Positions 28,501 to 38,117 of a stretch of DNA of 64,000 nt are shown here, piece by piece. The notes under the pieces were generated by a model. The model did no database searches and had not been told where the DNA came from. It saw only the letters and a list, made by a program, of their open reading frames with translations. Each line of letters begins with the position of its first letter. Positions within the stretch are counted from its first letter, which is position 1. A program made the position numbers and the translations under genes. The DNA comes from Spirochaetia bacterium (GTDB lineage Bacteria; Spirochaetota; Spirochaetia; SZUA-6; Bin103): assembly GCA_965208575.1 (NCBI GenBank), contig CBDBOV010000006.1, positions 1,408,001 through 1,472,000 on the forward strand. Reading direction: 5' to 3'.

Positions 28501-29252
28501 CGGCGCGCTACCTGCAGCGGATCGGCGACCACCCGAAGGCGGCGGAGCAGTTTCGCCGCGCCGGAATGCTGACGTCGGCGGCCGCCGAGTACGAACTCGC
28601 GGGCGACCCCGAGCGCGCCGCGGGGCTCTACCGGCGGCTGGGCGACAACGACGGCCTGCTGCGCAGCCTGACGAGCGCCGGCCTGTTCCACGATGCCGGG
28701 CTGCTGCACGAGAAGCGCGGCGACCTGGATCAGGCAGCCGACTGCTTCCTGCGCCACGCCGAGAGTTCGCCTGAGGCGCGCCAGGAGCTGGAGCGGGAGT
28801 TGCAACGCATTGCGGTCCGCCACACCGGCATGCGCGCCGCCATCCGCATGGCCGCCGTAGGACAGCCGGGGCGGGCGGCGCCGATCTACCTGGAGCACGG
28901 CCATCCCGAGCGCGCCGCCGAGCTGTTCAGCGCCGCCGGCGAGCACCAATCCGCCGCCCGCTGCCTGGCGGAGTGCGGCCGATTGCAGGACGCCGCACGC
29001 GAGGCGGTTGCCGGCGGCGAAGAAGGCACCCGCGAGGCGGTGCACTACCTGGTTGCCTACCTGTATGAGGACGATCACGAAACCCATGATCGGCTCAGAG
29101 AGTTGACCCGTACCGCCGGCCGCCTGTTGCGCGGCGCCGACTACGAGTCCGCGCTGGCGTATTACCTGGCCGTCGGCTCGGCAGAGGGCGCCGGGCGCGT
29201 ACGCGAGGAGATGGCGCGGCGCGATGCCGAGCCGAGCGCGCCGCCGAACTGA
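25596..29252 (+). CDS. UvrD/SF1 helicase with N-terminal RelE/ParE-like domain and C-terminal TPR-like repeats
   Basis: Walker [44 protein letters not shown]; N-terminal RVKKLKG...[13 protein letters not shown]; repeated AA..Y..AG helices. Confidence 0.88.
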   Translation: MARNYTLLLHDTVRAHVMSLDARARHRLREKLEFLQEGLWDAGVRVKKLKGSGRAVFEARLSRGDRILFTLGEPPDADASGSGAGATRIYVWGVVKHDDVNAVAERRIVPTNAPFLDFEPAQVEELPDLVADDLGGDYFSPALDQPMAVPVAGRGAVAHGEPLDGASGDAGPQRWLVVDEEEWRRLQAAHQGDHLELYLFLTREQARLLHSEPPLLLSGTAGSGKTTVAVYFLLRHRVRQLAAEPAERGAQSVPTRLRAPAAWAPAPAAASPAVLPAQAAPPRAVAAAGARVSASAAGTPAATGDAVPAGAERALFLTCSAHLKRFSERIYRGLVKATELEDAPEAVRFATLSELLGEILGHAGRPEWQAPPAGLAEFGAILRNHPGAARYDTELVWEEIRSIIKGAKPPVSRRRFAELAARFVAAQASARDRAELAEYVVRLANLEAGARLDGVRARKTAFGSLEEFAAGLRDGLALRRDEQSFLLDAAGRFLDKQSARLDQPLLTLREYEGLGHKRAPNFPFDRRDIHRIAEYYQKRLEADGRYDEIDQTRAALQYLERHGDWFRYDLVVCDEVQDFTDMQLALLFRLAGDPRRTVLTGDPKQIINPSGFRWEEVRARYYERGLPVPPVINLSINFRSVGNVVSLANEVLLLKRALIGLGGGEITERWTFRGRPPLLVDGVAEAGLLEAIRRGGAGQVVLVRTAAERDRVRAVLQSELVFTIGEAKGLEFDAVLLWRFPTALGSAAIWRRIAAGQVRGAADAPHVRHELNLLYVAVTRARNTLLIWDGEQVSPIWGIDELAGQVDRSADAADIDNLWQRVSTPAEWRAQGDYFMQRERFAAAEECYRNAQAATEEELARAHRLEREGELEAAARVFVRLGRVPRAAEGLERAGAFPAAAHMWRRAGNEMRAMACEAKQAEAAGDHAAAAAQWQQLGVEEGVLRNWQRGGEHGKLAQFYLDRRIPSEAARYLQRIGDHPKAAEQFRRAGMLTSAAAEYELAGDPERAAGLYRRLGDNDGLLRSLTSAGLFHDAGLLHEKRGDLDQAADCFLRHAESSPEARQELERELQRIAVRHTGMRAAIRMAAVGQPGRAAPIYLEHGHPERAAELFSAAGEHQSAARCLAECGRLQDAAREAVAGGEEGTREAVHYLVAYLYEDDHETHDRLRELTRTAGRLLRGADYESALAYYLAVGSAEGAGRVREEMARRDAEPSAPPN

Positions 29253-29323
29253 GCAGACTGAGCAAGGCGCGGGTTGCCGGCCGGCCGTCCGCGCCGGTAG
29301 AGTGGCGCCCGGATGGAGGGCTG

Positions 29324-30421
29324 ATGGAGCGATTGCGGGTCGGCGTCGTGGGATGCGGCAAGATCAGCGCGGCCTACTTCAAGGGCTGCCGGGAGTTCCC
29401 GATTCTGGACGTGGTGGCGTGCGCCGACCTGGTGGCCGAGCGCGCGGCGGCGCAGGCGGCGGAGTTCGGCATCCCGCGCGCGCTCACGCCGGAAGCGCTG
29501 CTCGCCGACGACGGCGTCGACCTGGTGGTGAACCTGACCATCCCGGCCGCCCACCACGCGGTGTCGCGGGCGGCGATCGATGCCGGCAAGCACGTGTGGA
29601 GCGAGAAGCCGCTGGCGGTGCAGCGCGCCGAGGGCGAAGACCTGGTGCGCGCCGCCCGCGACGCGGGGGTGCTGCTCGGCTGCGCGCCGGACACCTTCTT
29701 CGGCGGCGGCCACCAGACCTGCCGCAAGCTGATCGACGACGGCTGGATCGGCGAGCCGCTGCACGCGGCGGCGTTCATGGCCGGCCCCGGCCACGAGAGC
29801 TGGCACCCCGATCCGGCGTTCTACTACCAGCCCGGCGGCGGGCCGATGTTCGACATGGGCCCCTACTACCTGACCGCCCTGGTGCACCTGCTCGGCCCGG
29901 TGCGCCGCGTCGCCGGCCTCACCCGCATCACCCGGCCCGAGCGGCTCATCACCAGCGCACCGCGCCGCGGCGAACGCATCACGGTACGGGTGCCGACCCA
30001 CGTGCAGGGCCTGTTGGAGTTCGCCGGCGGGGCGCAGGCGGTGATCGTGACCAGCTTCGACGTGCAGGCCGCGCACCTGCCGCGCATCGAGGTGTTCGGC
30101 AGCGACCGGACGCTGTCGGTGCCCGATCCGAACGGGCCCGGCGGACCGGTGGCGGTCGGCCAGGCGCGCAGCGAGTGGCAGGAGGTGCCGCTCACGCACG
30201 GCTACACCACCACCAGCCGCGGCATCGGCGTCGCGGACATGGCCCACGCGATCCGCACCGGCCGCCCGCACCGCGCTTCCGGCGCCCTCGCCTTGCACGT
30301 GCTCGACGTGATGCACGCCATCCACGAAGCGGCGGCCGAGCGCCGCCAGGTGGAACTCACCACCACCTGCGAGCGCCCCGCGCCGCTGCCGCTCGGCCTG
30401 CAGCCCGGCAAACTGGACTGA
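29324..30421 (+). CDS. Gfo/Idh/MocA family oxidoreductase
   Basis: [31 protein letters not shown]. Confidence 0.95.
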   Translation: MERLRVGVVGCGKISAAYFKGCREFPILDVVACADLVAERAAAQAAEFGIPRALTPEALLADDGVDLVVNLTIPAAHHAVSRAAIDAGKHVWSEKPLAVQRAEGEDLVRAARDAGVLLGCAPDTFFGGGHQTCRKLIDDGWIGEPLHAAAFMAGPGHESWHPDPAFYYQPGGGPMFDMGPYYLTALVHLLGPVRRVAGLTRITRPERLITSAPRRGERITVRVPTHVQGLLEFAGGAQAVIVTSFDVQAAHLPRIEVFGSDRTLSVPDPNGPGGPVAVGQARSEWQEVPLTHGYTTTSRGIGVADMAHAIRTGRPHRASGALALHVLDVMHAIHEAAAERRQVELTTTCERPAPLPLGLQPGKLD

Positions 30422-30493
30422 TCCTCAATCTCTGGAACCGGAACGACCACGCCACGTTGACGGCTCGTGGCGCGGTCGTGGTAATCAGGGGCC

Positions 30494-31123
30494 ATGACCA
30501 ACGACTCATCGACGGACTATCCCGTCCAGTTCCGCGTCGAGTACCCAGAGGGGCAGCGTGACCGCGGTTCGGTGCTGGTCCGCATCCTGCTCGCCATCCC
30601 CATACTGATCGTTTCCGGCCTGCTGTCCGGCAACTTCCCGCTCGACGATGCCGGCATGACCCGCGCGCAGGCGTCGTTGGCGGGCGCCGGCCTGTCGATC
30701 GCCACCGCCCTGATGATCCTGTTCCGCCACAAGTACCCGCGCTGGTGGTTCGACTTCATGCTCGCGCTGTCCCGCTTCAGCGCCCGGATCGGTGCATACC
30801 TGCTGCTGCTGCGCGACGAGTACCCCTCCACCGACGAGCAGCAGGCCGTGCACCTGGACATTGCCTATCCCGACGTCGCCGGGCTCAACCGCGTGCTGCC
30901 GCTGTTCAAGTGGCTGCTGGCAATCCCGCACTACATCGTGCTGTCGCTGCTGGGCGTGGCGGCGCTGGTGATCGCCGTGGTCAGTTGGGTCGCCATCCTG
31001 GTGACCGGGCAGCAGCCGAAGTGGGCGTTCGAGTTCCTGGAAGGGTTGATGCGCTGGGGCTGGCGCGTCACGGCCTACGCCTTCCTGCTCACCACCGACC
31101 GCTACCCGCCGTTCAGCTTTTGA
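30494..31123 (+). CDS. DUF4389-type membrane protein
   Basis: Two internal repeats LLAIP...YPRWWFDF...DEYP and LLAIPH...TDRYPPF. Confidence 0.85.
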   Translation: MTNDSSTDYPVQFRVEYPEGQRDRGSVLVRILLAIPILIVSGLLSGNFPLDDAGMTRAQASLAGAGLSIATALMILFRHKYPRWWFDFMLALSRFSARIGAYLLLLRDEYPSTDEQQAVHLDIAYPDVAGLNRVLPLFKWLLAIPHYIVLSLLGVAALVIAVVSWVAILVTGQQPKWAFEFLEGLMRWGWRVTAYAFLLTTDRYPPFSF

Positions 31124-31150
31124 TCTCTCGTTGAGTCGAAAGAGACGCGA

Positions 31151-32854
31151 CTAGTAGTCGGAATCGGTTACTCCCGATTCGCGCTCGGAATATTCATCGT
31201 CCGCTACATCGCTGTCCGCAATGGTCGCGGAAGTGTGCGCCATTGGTAGAACTACGCCCAACCGCTTCATAAAAACGCGCTCGCCGACGACGAGGGACTG
31301 AAGCCTCGCTTCGATCAACCCTGCTCTGTCACCCTGACGCAGGAGGGAGATCGACTCTGTCGGGAAGCCATGCGTTGGTAGTAGTTCCTTCAGGAAATCG
31401 TCACTCATACCCTTCAATACGCCGAACGCCTGGCCTACATGGCCGCGATCCAAGAACATGCGGTTGGCGGGGCTACGAATCAAATGTGCGAGTTGAGGTT
31501 GGTTTGAGGAGACATAACCGACCGCCCCTGTCCCCAACGTAGAGAGTAACTGTCCAGGATCGAGAGGTCCGTCTTCGTGCAGAGAACGAGGTCTGAGTGA
31601 CGCCAAATAGAGGAGAAATGTCCTCACGCGGGCGCTTCGACCATCGAAGCGTTCCGGAAACGGTTGTGCCGGCGCTGTCATGTTGACAACGGAAAGCTCA
31701 ACCCCGGCACCACTCGCACTATTGCGCATTTCGCTAAGTGCAAGTTCAGCTTGTGCGCTATTGACCCCACCAAACCAACCGGTAAACGATGTCACCCAGA
31801 ACCACCGCTTGAGTGATTCTTCAACATCCGAGTTTGGCTGGGGACACTGACGAAAGAATTCGCCAAGCATGACCAGTTGGAGACCATATGGTAACAATCG
31901 GTCGGATGTCACTCCAAGTTGGTTGAGAAAACCTAGCGCCGATCGAATCCCATCTGTGGCAGCACTAAACGCGTCTGGAAGGTTTTGGCGTACTATTGGG
32001 TTTACCATGAGCTTTGCCCAGTCCTTGGCGTATATGTCGCGGCCGAGCGCTGCCAATACTGCTCGGAGAATGAATACACGGTCGAGATTACCGAAGCCCT
32101 TCTTGTCGAGCTCGGCCTTAAACTCATCGATCTTCTGGGCAAGGTGGAACTGACCCTTCTGGTAAGTCAGGGCGGAGACCATTTCATCGGCCGCCATCTT
32201 GCGACCGGTCCGATTCAATCGAGCGAACACGGTAACCGCACTGTCAAGGTCAGCCTCGCGGATGTGAATGAGCGGCAGCTGGTAGTCCCGAAAGGCATTT
32301 GCGAGCCGGTCTGCCTCGTCGAGCCAACGTCGGCTCTGCGTCGGATCATCAGCTTCTGATTGGATCCGACGGCATGCGTTGAAGAACCCGACGGTGTTAA
32401 GTAGACTGCGTACTGGAAAATGCCGCGGTCCCGGACCCTCTCTCGGTTCTCGCTGAAACTCGCCGGTGTCGAGATCACAGTAGACGCGCCAGTCGACTCC
32501 GTGCACCGAGCGATCCATGTCATCGGTCAGCCTCAGCGTTCCTACAAGCGTAGAGACGCGCTGCTGACCGTCGAGCAGGTACCCAACCATCCCGCCCGGT
32601 GATGGACCGATGTCTACCGGACCGATGCGCTGAGTGGACTCTACGTTGTCGTCGGTGTCCCAAACGAGAATAGAACCGATCGGAAAGCCACTTAGAATGC
32701 TGTCAAGGAGCGCGAGCAGATCAGCTTGTTTCCAAACGAAGGTTCGTTGAAACCGTGGCACACGGATTTTACCCGCGGCGATACGTTCAACGAGCTTGCC
32801 TAGAAACATAACTTCGGTAGCAACGTCAGTACGAACGCGACGCTCGTTGGACAT
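31151..32854 (-). CDS. DUF262 (ParB/Srx-fold, GmrS-like) domain protein
   Basis: VPRFQRTFVW, LDSILSGFPIGSILVW, LLDGQQRVSTL, VFARLNRTG. Confidence 0.9.
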   Translation of the reverse strand: MSNERRVRTDVATEVMFLGKLVERIAAGKIRVPRFQRTFVWKQADLLALLDSILSGFPIGSILVWDTDDNVESTQRIGPVDIGPSPGGMVGYLLDGQQRVSTLVGTLRLTDDMDRSVHGVDWRVYCDLDTGEFQREPREGPGPRHFPVRSLLNTVGFFNACRRIQSEADDPTQSRRWLDEADRLANAFRDYQLPLIHIREADLDSAVTVFARLNRTGRKMAADEMVSALTYQKGQFHLAQKIDEFKAELDKKGFGNLDRVFILRAVLAALGRDIYAKDWAKLMVNPIVRQNLPDAFSAATDGIRSALGFLNQLGVTSDRLLPYGLQLVMLGEFFRQCPQPNSDVEESLKRWFWVTSFTGWFGGVNSAQAELALSEMRNSASGAGVELSVVNMTAPAQPFPERFDGRSARVRTFLLYLASLRPRSLHEDGPLDPGQLLSTLGTGAVGYVSSNQPQLAHLIRSPANRMFLDRGHVGQAFGVLKGMSDDFLKELLPTHGFPTESISLLRQGDRAGLIEARLQSLVVGERVFMKRLGVVLPMAHTSATIADSDVADDEYSERESGVTDSDY

Positions 32855-33808
32855 CTATACTTCGCCCCTGATCAGGTCAAGGCCGTACTCGAGGTCACCC
32901 CGCCCGCGGGCGGATAGCTCAGCCCTGACGGATCCTCTAACTGTCCAGCACACGTATACGGCCGATCCGAACCCATTCTGAAGGGTAGCGAGATCCGCGA
33001 CAGTTGTGCCAACGAAGAGCTGATTGGCCCCCGCGTGGTTACTCAACCCTTCTTTCATGTCGAAGAAATCCTTTTGGTCGTCACTGAGACGCTCCCATGC
33101 TGCAACGCGCTGGCGATGCTCAGCACCGCTATCTGGCCTCTCAATAAGGAGTGTGCGAGGCAGGTAATTGTCCGCCTCGCGTTTCGCTAAAATCCAGCAG
33201 GACAGACCGTGTTGCTGGCAAGCTCGGTGCAAACGCGACGCATCTCTGCTCGGAATATCGTCTGGGCTTCTACGATCGCTGTCGACTATAACCACCAAGC
33301 GGGGCCGATACGGTCTGCCGACCGAACGACGCTCGACTTCTCGTCGCATCTGGCCTTTACCACCAACGCTATCAAAGCGGATAGGGTCCCCTGGCTGATC
33401 CCAGATAGAGCGAAGGGGCGGATCAAGCTCGTCGACTATCCGCTTCACGAATGCGCCGTCGCTTTCTCGGTTCTCGACAAGGATCCACATCGGCTCTTCG
33501 GCGAGCCGGCAGGTATTTTCTGGATTGAGCTCATCTACGGCACCTGGCGCCAGCTTCACTCGCACCGATCTCCCGTGCGAAGCACTCGCCCAAGCGCTAC
33601 GTTGGATCGAAGCGACCAATAACTCACGTACCCATGTACCTTGACTGCCACGGTCGCAAACCCACGATGTGGATTCTATCTCGGTCGGGTCTAGTTGAAC
33701 TGGTATCTCCCATAGGTGCCAGCCGTCGTCGATCTTGTGCAGGATTCGGTCCAGCCAGCGGTGGGCGTCTGGATCATCAGCTACGCTAGGTGATATATCG
33801 ATGCGCAC
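32855..33808 (-). CDS. Putative OLD-type TOPRIM nuclease domain protein
   Basis: ILVENRESD (conserved Glu), GGKGQ, VVIVDSD (DxD), READNYLP; between an ATPase and DUF262 gene. Confidence 0.65.
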   Translation of the reverse strand: MRIDISPSVADDPDAHRWLDRILHKIDDGWHLWEIPVQLDPTEIESTSWVCDRGSQGTWVRELLVASIQRSAWASASHGRSVRVKLAPGAVDELNPENTCRLAEEPMWILVENRESDGAFVKRIVDELDPPLRSIWDQPGDPIRFDSVGGKGQMRREVERRSVGRPYRPRLVVIVDSDRRSPDDIPSRDASRLHRACQQHGLSCWILAKREADNYLPRTLLIERPDSGAEHRQRVAAWERLSDDQKDFFDMKEGLSNHAGANQLFVGTTVADLATLQNGFGSAVYVCWTVRGSVRAELSARGRGDLEYGLDLIRGEV

Positions 33809-33814
33809 CGTGGC

Positions 33815-35065
33815 TTATCCCCTGGTTCGACGTGCGCGGCGGATAGCAAGGATCTCTTCATAGTCCTCGACGAAAACTCCGCTTGGCCAGTTATCGACCT
33901 CGCCCTTCTCGTTGATTCCGATCTCTCGCAGGACGGATCCGCTTCCTTGCTCGACGTGAATCCAATATACGCGCACATGGTCGGCTGGGAGCCGTCCCTC
34001 CGCGATCCACCGTCGGGCGCGTAGCAGCAACATCTCCGAATGAGTTTCGACAACGAGCGGCCGCTGGTGACCCGCGAGATTCTCAAGCAATAGTTCTGCG
34101 ACATAGGCATGGGAAGCGGGGTGCAGCTCTGCTTCCGGGTGTTCGACGATGTCGACACCGGGGCCAGCAGAACGGGACGTAAGGGCCATGACTGCTACAG
34201 GGAGTACCTGGGCTAACCCACGGCCCGAGTGCGTAAGCGGTACATTCGTGGTATGGTGCGGTGCGCTAGCGAGTAATTCCGAGTAGGTTCCTTGTGCCCC
34301 GACATTAAGGGTTGTGCCAAATGCGCGACGGTACCATTTCCTCACCGATTCTTCCAGTTCGTCATTCGCGGCTACGAGCAGAGACGCATGCTCGCCGTGG
34401 GATCCTAGCGCCGCTGGGCCGGCGTCTGGAATTAGGAACAGTGACGGACCAAGTTTGCGTGGGCACTGCAGGTACCGAATACCGTGTGCCCAACTCTGAA
34501 GCGCTACCAAGCTCTGAAGCGCGTCGAGTCGAGGTCGCACCGAGGCAACCAGTTCGCGAGGAAGCTCCGGAATCAACCGTCGCCAACGCACGGGGGCGAC
34601 TTGTGTGGTCATCCCGGAAGCGTCGACGACATGTTCGAGTTCATCGTCGAATGCAGACCGTGTCAACTCGATCACGGTGCCATCGCGAGCGAGTCGCCAT
34701 TTGTAGACTTGGCGTCCCGGGCGGTACGGAGGGACCTGTACGGCCTGAACGCTCGCGGCTATCGAAAAGTCGGTTTGGCCGTCTGCAAGTGCCGCCGAAA
34801 GGTGCAATCGACCGTGGAGGCTGCGTCCTGTTACCAAGTCTGCGAATGTAGTGCCATGGCGAACTCCGCCGGATTCAAGCGGAAGCGGCTCTGACACATC
34901 CGCTCCTTCTGGCGATAGTCCGCCCGCTAGCAAGGGGATTGATTGAGCGAGAGCCGTCTTGCCTGCGTTGTTGGCGCCCACGAGAATAGTCAGCGGAGCG
35001 AACTCAAGCTCCTGTCGCTGTGCGTAGCCCTTGTAGCGCTCGACGCTAAGTTTCCGAAGTTCCAC
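33815..35065 (-). CDS. ABC-type ATPase (AAA_15/AAA_21, DUF3696-like C-terminus)
   Basis: Walker A GANNAGKT, SGRGLAQVLP, IVEHPEAELHP, VETHSE, NWPSGVF; start taken at GTG 35065. Confidence 0.9.
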   Translation of the reverse strand: MELRKLSVERYKGYAQRQELEFAPLTILVGANNAGKTALAQSIPLLAGGLSPEGADVSEPLPLESGGVRHGTTFADLVTGRSLHGRLHLSAALADGQTDFSIAASVQAVQVPPYRPGRQVYKWRLARDGTVIELTRSAFDDELEHVVDASGMTTQVAPVRWRRLIPELPRELVASVRPRLDALQSLVALQSWAHGIRYLQCPRKLGPSLFLIPDAGPAALGSHGEHASLLVAANDELEESVRKWYRRAFGTTLNVGAQGTYSELLASAPHHTTNVPLTHSGRGLAQVLPVAVMALTSRSAGPGVDIVEHPEAELHPASHAYVAELLLENLAGHQRPLVVETHSEMLLLRARRWIAEGRLPADHVRVYWIHVEQGSGSVLREIGINEKGEVDNWPSGVFVEDYEEILAIRRARRTRG

Positions 35066-35167
35066 GACGAAGCACCGTACCAAGTTTCGGCACCGCGGCC
35101 AACCAACCATGCATGCACCACCGGGCGGGTTGCACGGATTTCCAGGGTGGCAGTTCGATTACAGGAC

Positions 35168-35198
35168 AACGACGGGAGAGATCGTGGACTCCGTCGTT
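35168..35198. terminator. Stem-loop between larA-like gene and the low-GC cassette
   Basis: AACGACGG(G)AG...CTCCGTCGTT inverted repeat; no strong U-tract. Confidence 0.35.
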
Positions 35199-35244
35199 CT
35201 CAGGTGTGAACAGAAGCCACGGGTTACTTGCTGCCGCTCTTGGG

Positions 35245-36576
35245 TCAGGCTTGCGCGAGGTAGGCGATGGTGAGCGGGCCGTCGGGGAGCACGCACAGGC
35301 GCTCGGGGGCCAGGTCGGCGAGGGTCGCCTCAATGTTGCGGGTGGGGCGGAACAGGGCGGCGCGGATCTGGGCGTCGCTGAGGCCGTCGCTGTACACGTA
35401 GACGTCGGCGTGCTGCTGGATCAGCGCCTGGATCTGCACCTGCCACTGGTCCTGCTGGGAGAACCCCGGCCGCCGCAGCAGTTCGAGTATCGCCTCCGGT
35501 GAGCCGGCCTCGGCGAGCAGCTCGGCGTAGCGGCCGTGGTCGGGCAGGCCGTCCTCGCAGCCGGCGGCCATGACGATTGCGCCGCCGCGCCGCACGATGC
35601 CCTTCGCGGCCTGCATCCCCTTCACCGTCTGGTACAGGTTCTGGTCGAGCGGGTAGCCGCTGTTGGTGGTGACCACGGCGTCGAACGGCTCCTCCACCGC
35701 CACCATCGCGCTGTCACGCACGAACGCGCAGCCGCGCCGGTGCGCCTCGATCACGTCGCCGGCGAACACGCCGCTGATCTCGCCGGCGCTGTTCAGGGTC
35801 ACGTTGAGCAGGAACAGCGGCTCGACCAGCAACGCCGCCTCGCGCATCTCCTCCCAGATCGGGTTGCCGTCGGTGATGCCCCAGGTGGCGCCCGGATCGC
35901 CGATCATGCCGTAACCGTGGTTGGTGAGCACGCTCTCGTGGCCGGCCAGCGCCGGCAGCGCCCCCTTCGGTCCGCCCGAGAAGCCGGCGAAGAAGTGCGG
36001 CTCGATGAAGCCGGTGAAGATCACCAGGTCCGCCTCCATCACCAGCCGGTTCAGGCGGATGGCGTTGCCGCGGCTGGTAGTGCCGGCGGCCACCAGGCCC
36101 GCGTCGTCCCAGGCGTCGTGCTGCAGGCAGCGGTAGCGGTCGACGATCGCCGCGCCGAGCATCCGGCGCAGTTCCTCGGGTGTCTGCCGGCGGTGGGTGC
36201 CGAGCGCGTTGATCAGGGTGATGTCGCGGCGCGCCACGCCGGCTTCCTCCAGGGCCGCGAGCAACACCGGCAGGATGCGGTCGTTGGGGGTGGCGCGGGT
36301 GATGTCGCTGTGGGTCACCACGACGCGCCGCTTGCCGGCGGCCAGCTCGGCCAACGGCGGCGCCCCCGTCGGCTCGGCCAGCGCCGCCCTGAGCGCGGCG
36401 GCCTCGTCGCCCACCCCGGCCACGTCGCGCGGGCGCACCACCGCGGCCTCTTCCGGCACCTTGATGGTCAGCCCGTCGCGCCCGTAAGCGAGCGCCACGC
36501 GCCTGGTGGCCGCGCCGTTGCCGTTGTGCGCAGTCGCGGGACCGTTGGCCGGCCCCCCGCCGTCCGCGCCGCTCAT
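35245..36576 (-). CDS. larA: Nickel-pincer-dependent lactate racemase family (LarA homologue)
   Basis: SDITRATPN, ALGTHR, IEPHFFAGFSGGPK, GYPLDQNLYQTVKG. Confidence 0.9.
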   Translation of the reverse strand: MSGADGGGPANGPATAHNGNGAATRRVALAYGRDGLTIKVPEEAAVVRPRDVAGVGDEAAALRAALAEPTGAPPLAELAAGKRRVVVTHSDITRATPNDRILPVLLAALEEAGVARRDITLINALGTHRRQTPEELRRMLGAAIVDRYRCLQHDAWDDAGLVAAGTTSRGNAIRLNRLVMEADLVIFTGFIEPHFFAGFSGGPKGALPALAGHESVLTNHGYGMIGDPGATWGITDGNPIWEEMREAALLVEPLFLLNVTLNSAGEISGVFAGDVIEAHRRGCAFVRDSAMVAVEEPFDAVVTTNSGYPLDQNLYQTVKGMQAAKGIVRRGGAIVMAAGCEDGLPDHGRYAELLAEAGSPEAILELLRRPGFSQQDQWQVQIQALIQQHADVYVYSDGLSDAQIRAALFRPTRNIEATLADLAPERLCVLPDGPLTIAYLAQA

Positions 36577-36694
36577 TGCCGCCGCCTGCCCGTCTCTCGG
36601 TACGCTTGCGGGACGTCGATACGACCCGGCCCGCCTTCGCTTGCGGCCGCTTGCCGCTGCCGGGCACGCCCCGCCGGCATCCCGCGGTCGCCGC

Positions 36695-38086
36695 TCACCG
36701 TCCCTCCCCCGCCTGCAGCCGCCGGGCGGCGCCCGGGTCGCCGATGTGCAGCGTGTCGTAGGCCTGCTGCGACGAGGTGAAGGCGCCCAACCCGGCGTGA
36801 CCGTGCCAATCGCCCTGGTTCAGGATCGGCGCCGGCAACCCGGTGGCCCGGCAGCGCTGCTCGATCCAGCGCTCCATGCGCCCGCGCAGGAACGCCGCCA
36901 CGTCGGGCAGTTCGTCCGCCAGGTTGTGCAGTTCGTCCGGGTCGTCGGTCAGGCGGTACAGCTCCACCGGCGGCTTGAAGTGGAAGTCGGGCTCCAGCGC
37001 CGCGATCAGCTTCCACTCCGGCGTGCGCCAGCCGTGCTTGCGCATCCAGGTGCACTCGGTCAGGTACAGCTCGCTCGCGTGGCTGTGGCGTTCGCCGCGC
37101 ACCATCGGCAACAGGCTGCGACCGTCGAACCGCGCTCCGTCGAACGGCAGGCCGGCCAGCTCCAGCAGCGTCGGCACCAGATCCTGGTGCTGGTTGTAGC
37201 CGGCCACGCGTACCCCGCTCGGCAATCCCGGCGGATAGCGCAGGATCAGCGGCACGTGCAGCACGTTGTCGTACAGGCCGTGGTGATCGAACCAGCACTC
37301 GTGGTCGTACAGCGTCTCGCCGTGGTCGCCGTTCACCACCACGATGGTGTCGTCCAGGATGCCGTGCGCCTCGAGCGCGTTGAACAGGACGGCGATGGCG
37401 GCGTCCATATAGGCGACGGCGCCGTCGTACTGGGCGATCACGTACTCCTTGTCGGTGATGCCGGGCGGCATCCAGGCGGCGAAGTAGTCCCGGAACGGCT
37501 TGAACGACAGCACCGGATCCATCGAGCGGTTGGCCGGGTCGCACTCGTTGCCGTGGTAGAACATGCGCTCGTAGGGGTGCGGCGGCAGGTAGGGCGAGTG
37601 CGGGTCCATGTGGCGCAGGAACAGCAGGAACGGGTCGCCGCCGGCCACCAGCCGGTCCAGCTCCGGCAACGCGGTCTCGTTCAGCAGGTGCGCCTTGGGG
37701 GCGCGGCCGCCGGCCGCGGGGCCCCATGCCTCGTAGTCGAGGTAGGTGTCGAAGCCGCGCGCGGAGGGATTGCCGGAGAACCCGATGCAGGTGCTGGCGT
37801 AGCCGTGGCCGCGCAGCAGCTCCGGCAGGGTGGTGACGGCCGCCCCGAGCGGACCCTTGTGGCGCAGCGCCACCACCTGCGTGCTGAAGCAGTCGAGGCC
37901 GGACAGCATCGAGCAGTACGCGGGGGTGGTCGGCACCGCCGGCGAGTAGGTGCGCTCGAACAGCACCGCGTCGGCGGCGAAGCGGTCCAGGTGCGGGGTG
38001 GTGTGACGGGGGTAGCCGTAGCTGCTCATGTGCCCCGCGGACAGCGAGTCGATGCCGAGCAGGACGATGTTGGGTGGTCGGGCCAT
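36695..38086 (-). CDS. Sulfatase/alkaline-phosphatase superfamily hydrolase with atypical active-site motif
   Basis: PNIVLLGIDSL, HMDPHSPY, GDHGE, LHVPLI; TTPAY where CxPxR is expected. Confidence 0.88.
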   Translation of the reverse strand: MARPPNIVLLGIDSLSAGHMSSYGYPRHTTPHLDRFAADAVLFERTYSPAVPTTPAYCSMLSGLDCFSTQVVALRHKGPLGAAVTTLPELLRGHGYASTCIGFSGNPSARGFDTYLDYEAWGPAAGGRAPKAHLLNETALPELDRLVAGGDPFLLFLRHMDPHSPYLPPHPYERMFYHGNECDPANRSMDPVLSFKPFRDYFAAWMPPGITDKEYVIAQYDGAVAYMDAAIAVLFNALEAHGILDDTIVVVNGDHGETLYDHECWFDHHGLYDNVLHVPLILRYPPGLPSGVRVAGYNQHQDLVPTLLELAGLPFDGARFDGRSLLPMVRGERHSHASELYLTECTWMRKHGWRTPEWKLIAALEPDFHFKPPVELYRLTDDPDELHNLADELPDVAAFLRGRMERWIEQRCRATGLPAPILNQGDWHGHAGLGAFTSSQQAYDTLHIGDPGAARRLQAGEGR

Positions 38087-38117
38087 GTCCGGATCCTCCG
38101 CGTCGTTGGCGCCGGCG

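Noticed and set aside
25596-35065. Helicase plus ATPase/TOPRIM as a Gabija system
   Set aside because: Opposite strands, separated by two metabolic genes, different GC, and the helicase is far larger than GajB.
31124-35244. Low-GC cassettes (also 43990-46350) as transposons or prophage remnants
   Set aside because: No transposase, integrase, terminal inverted repeats or target-site duplications found by eye.
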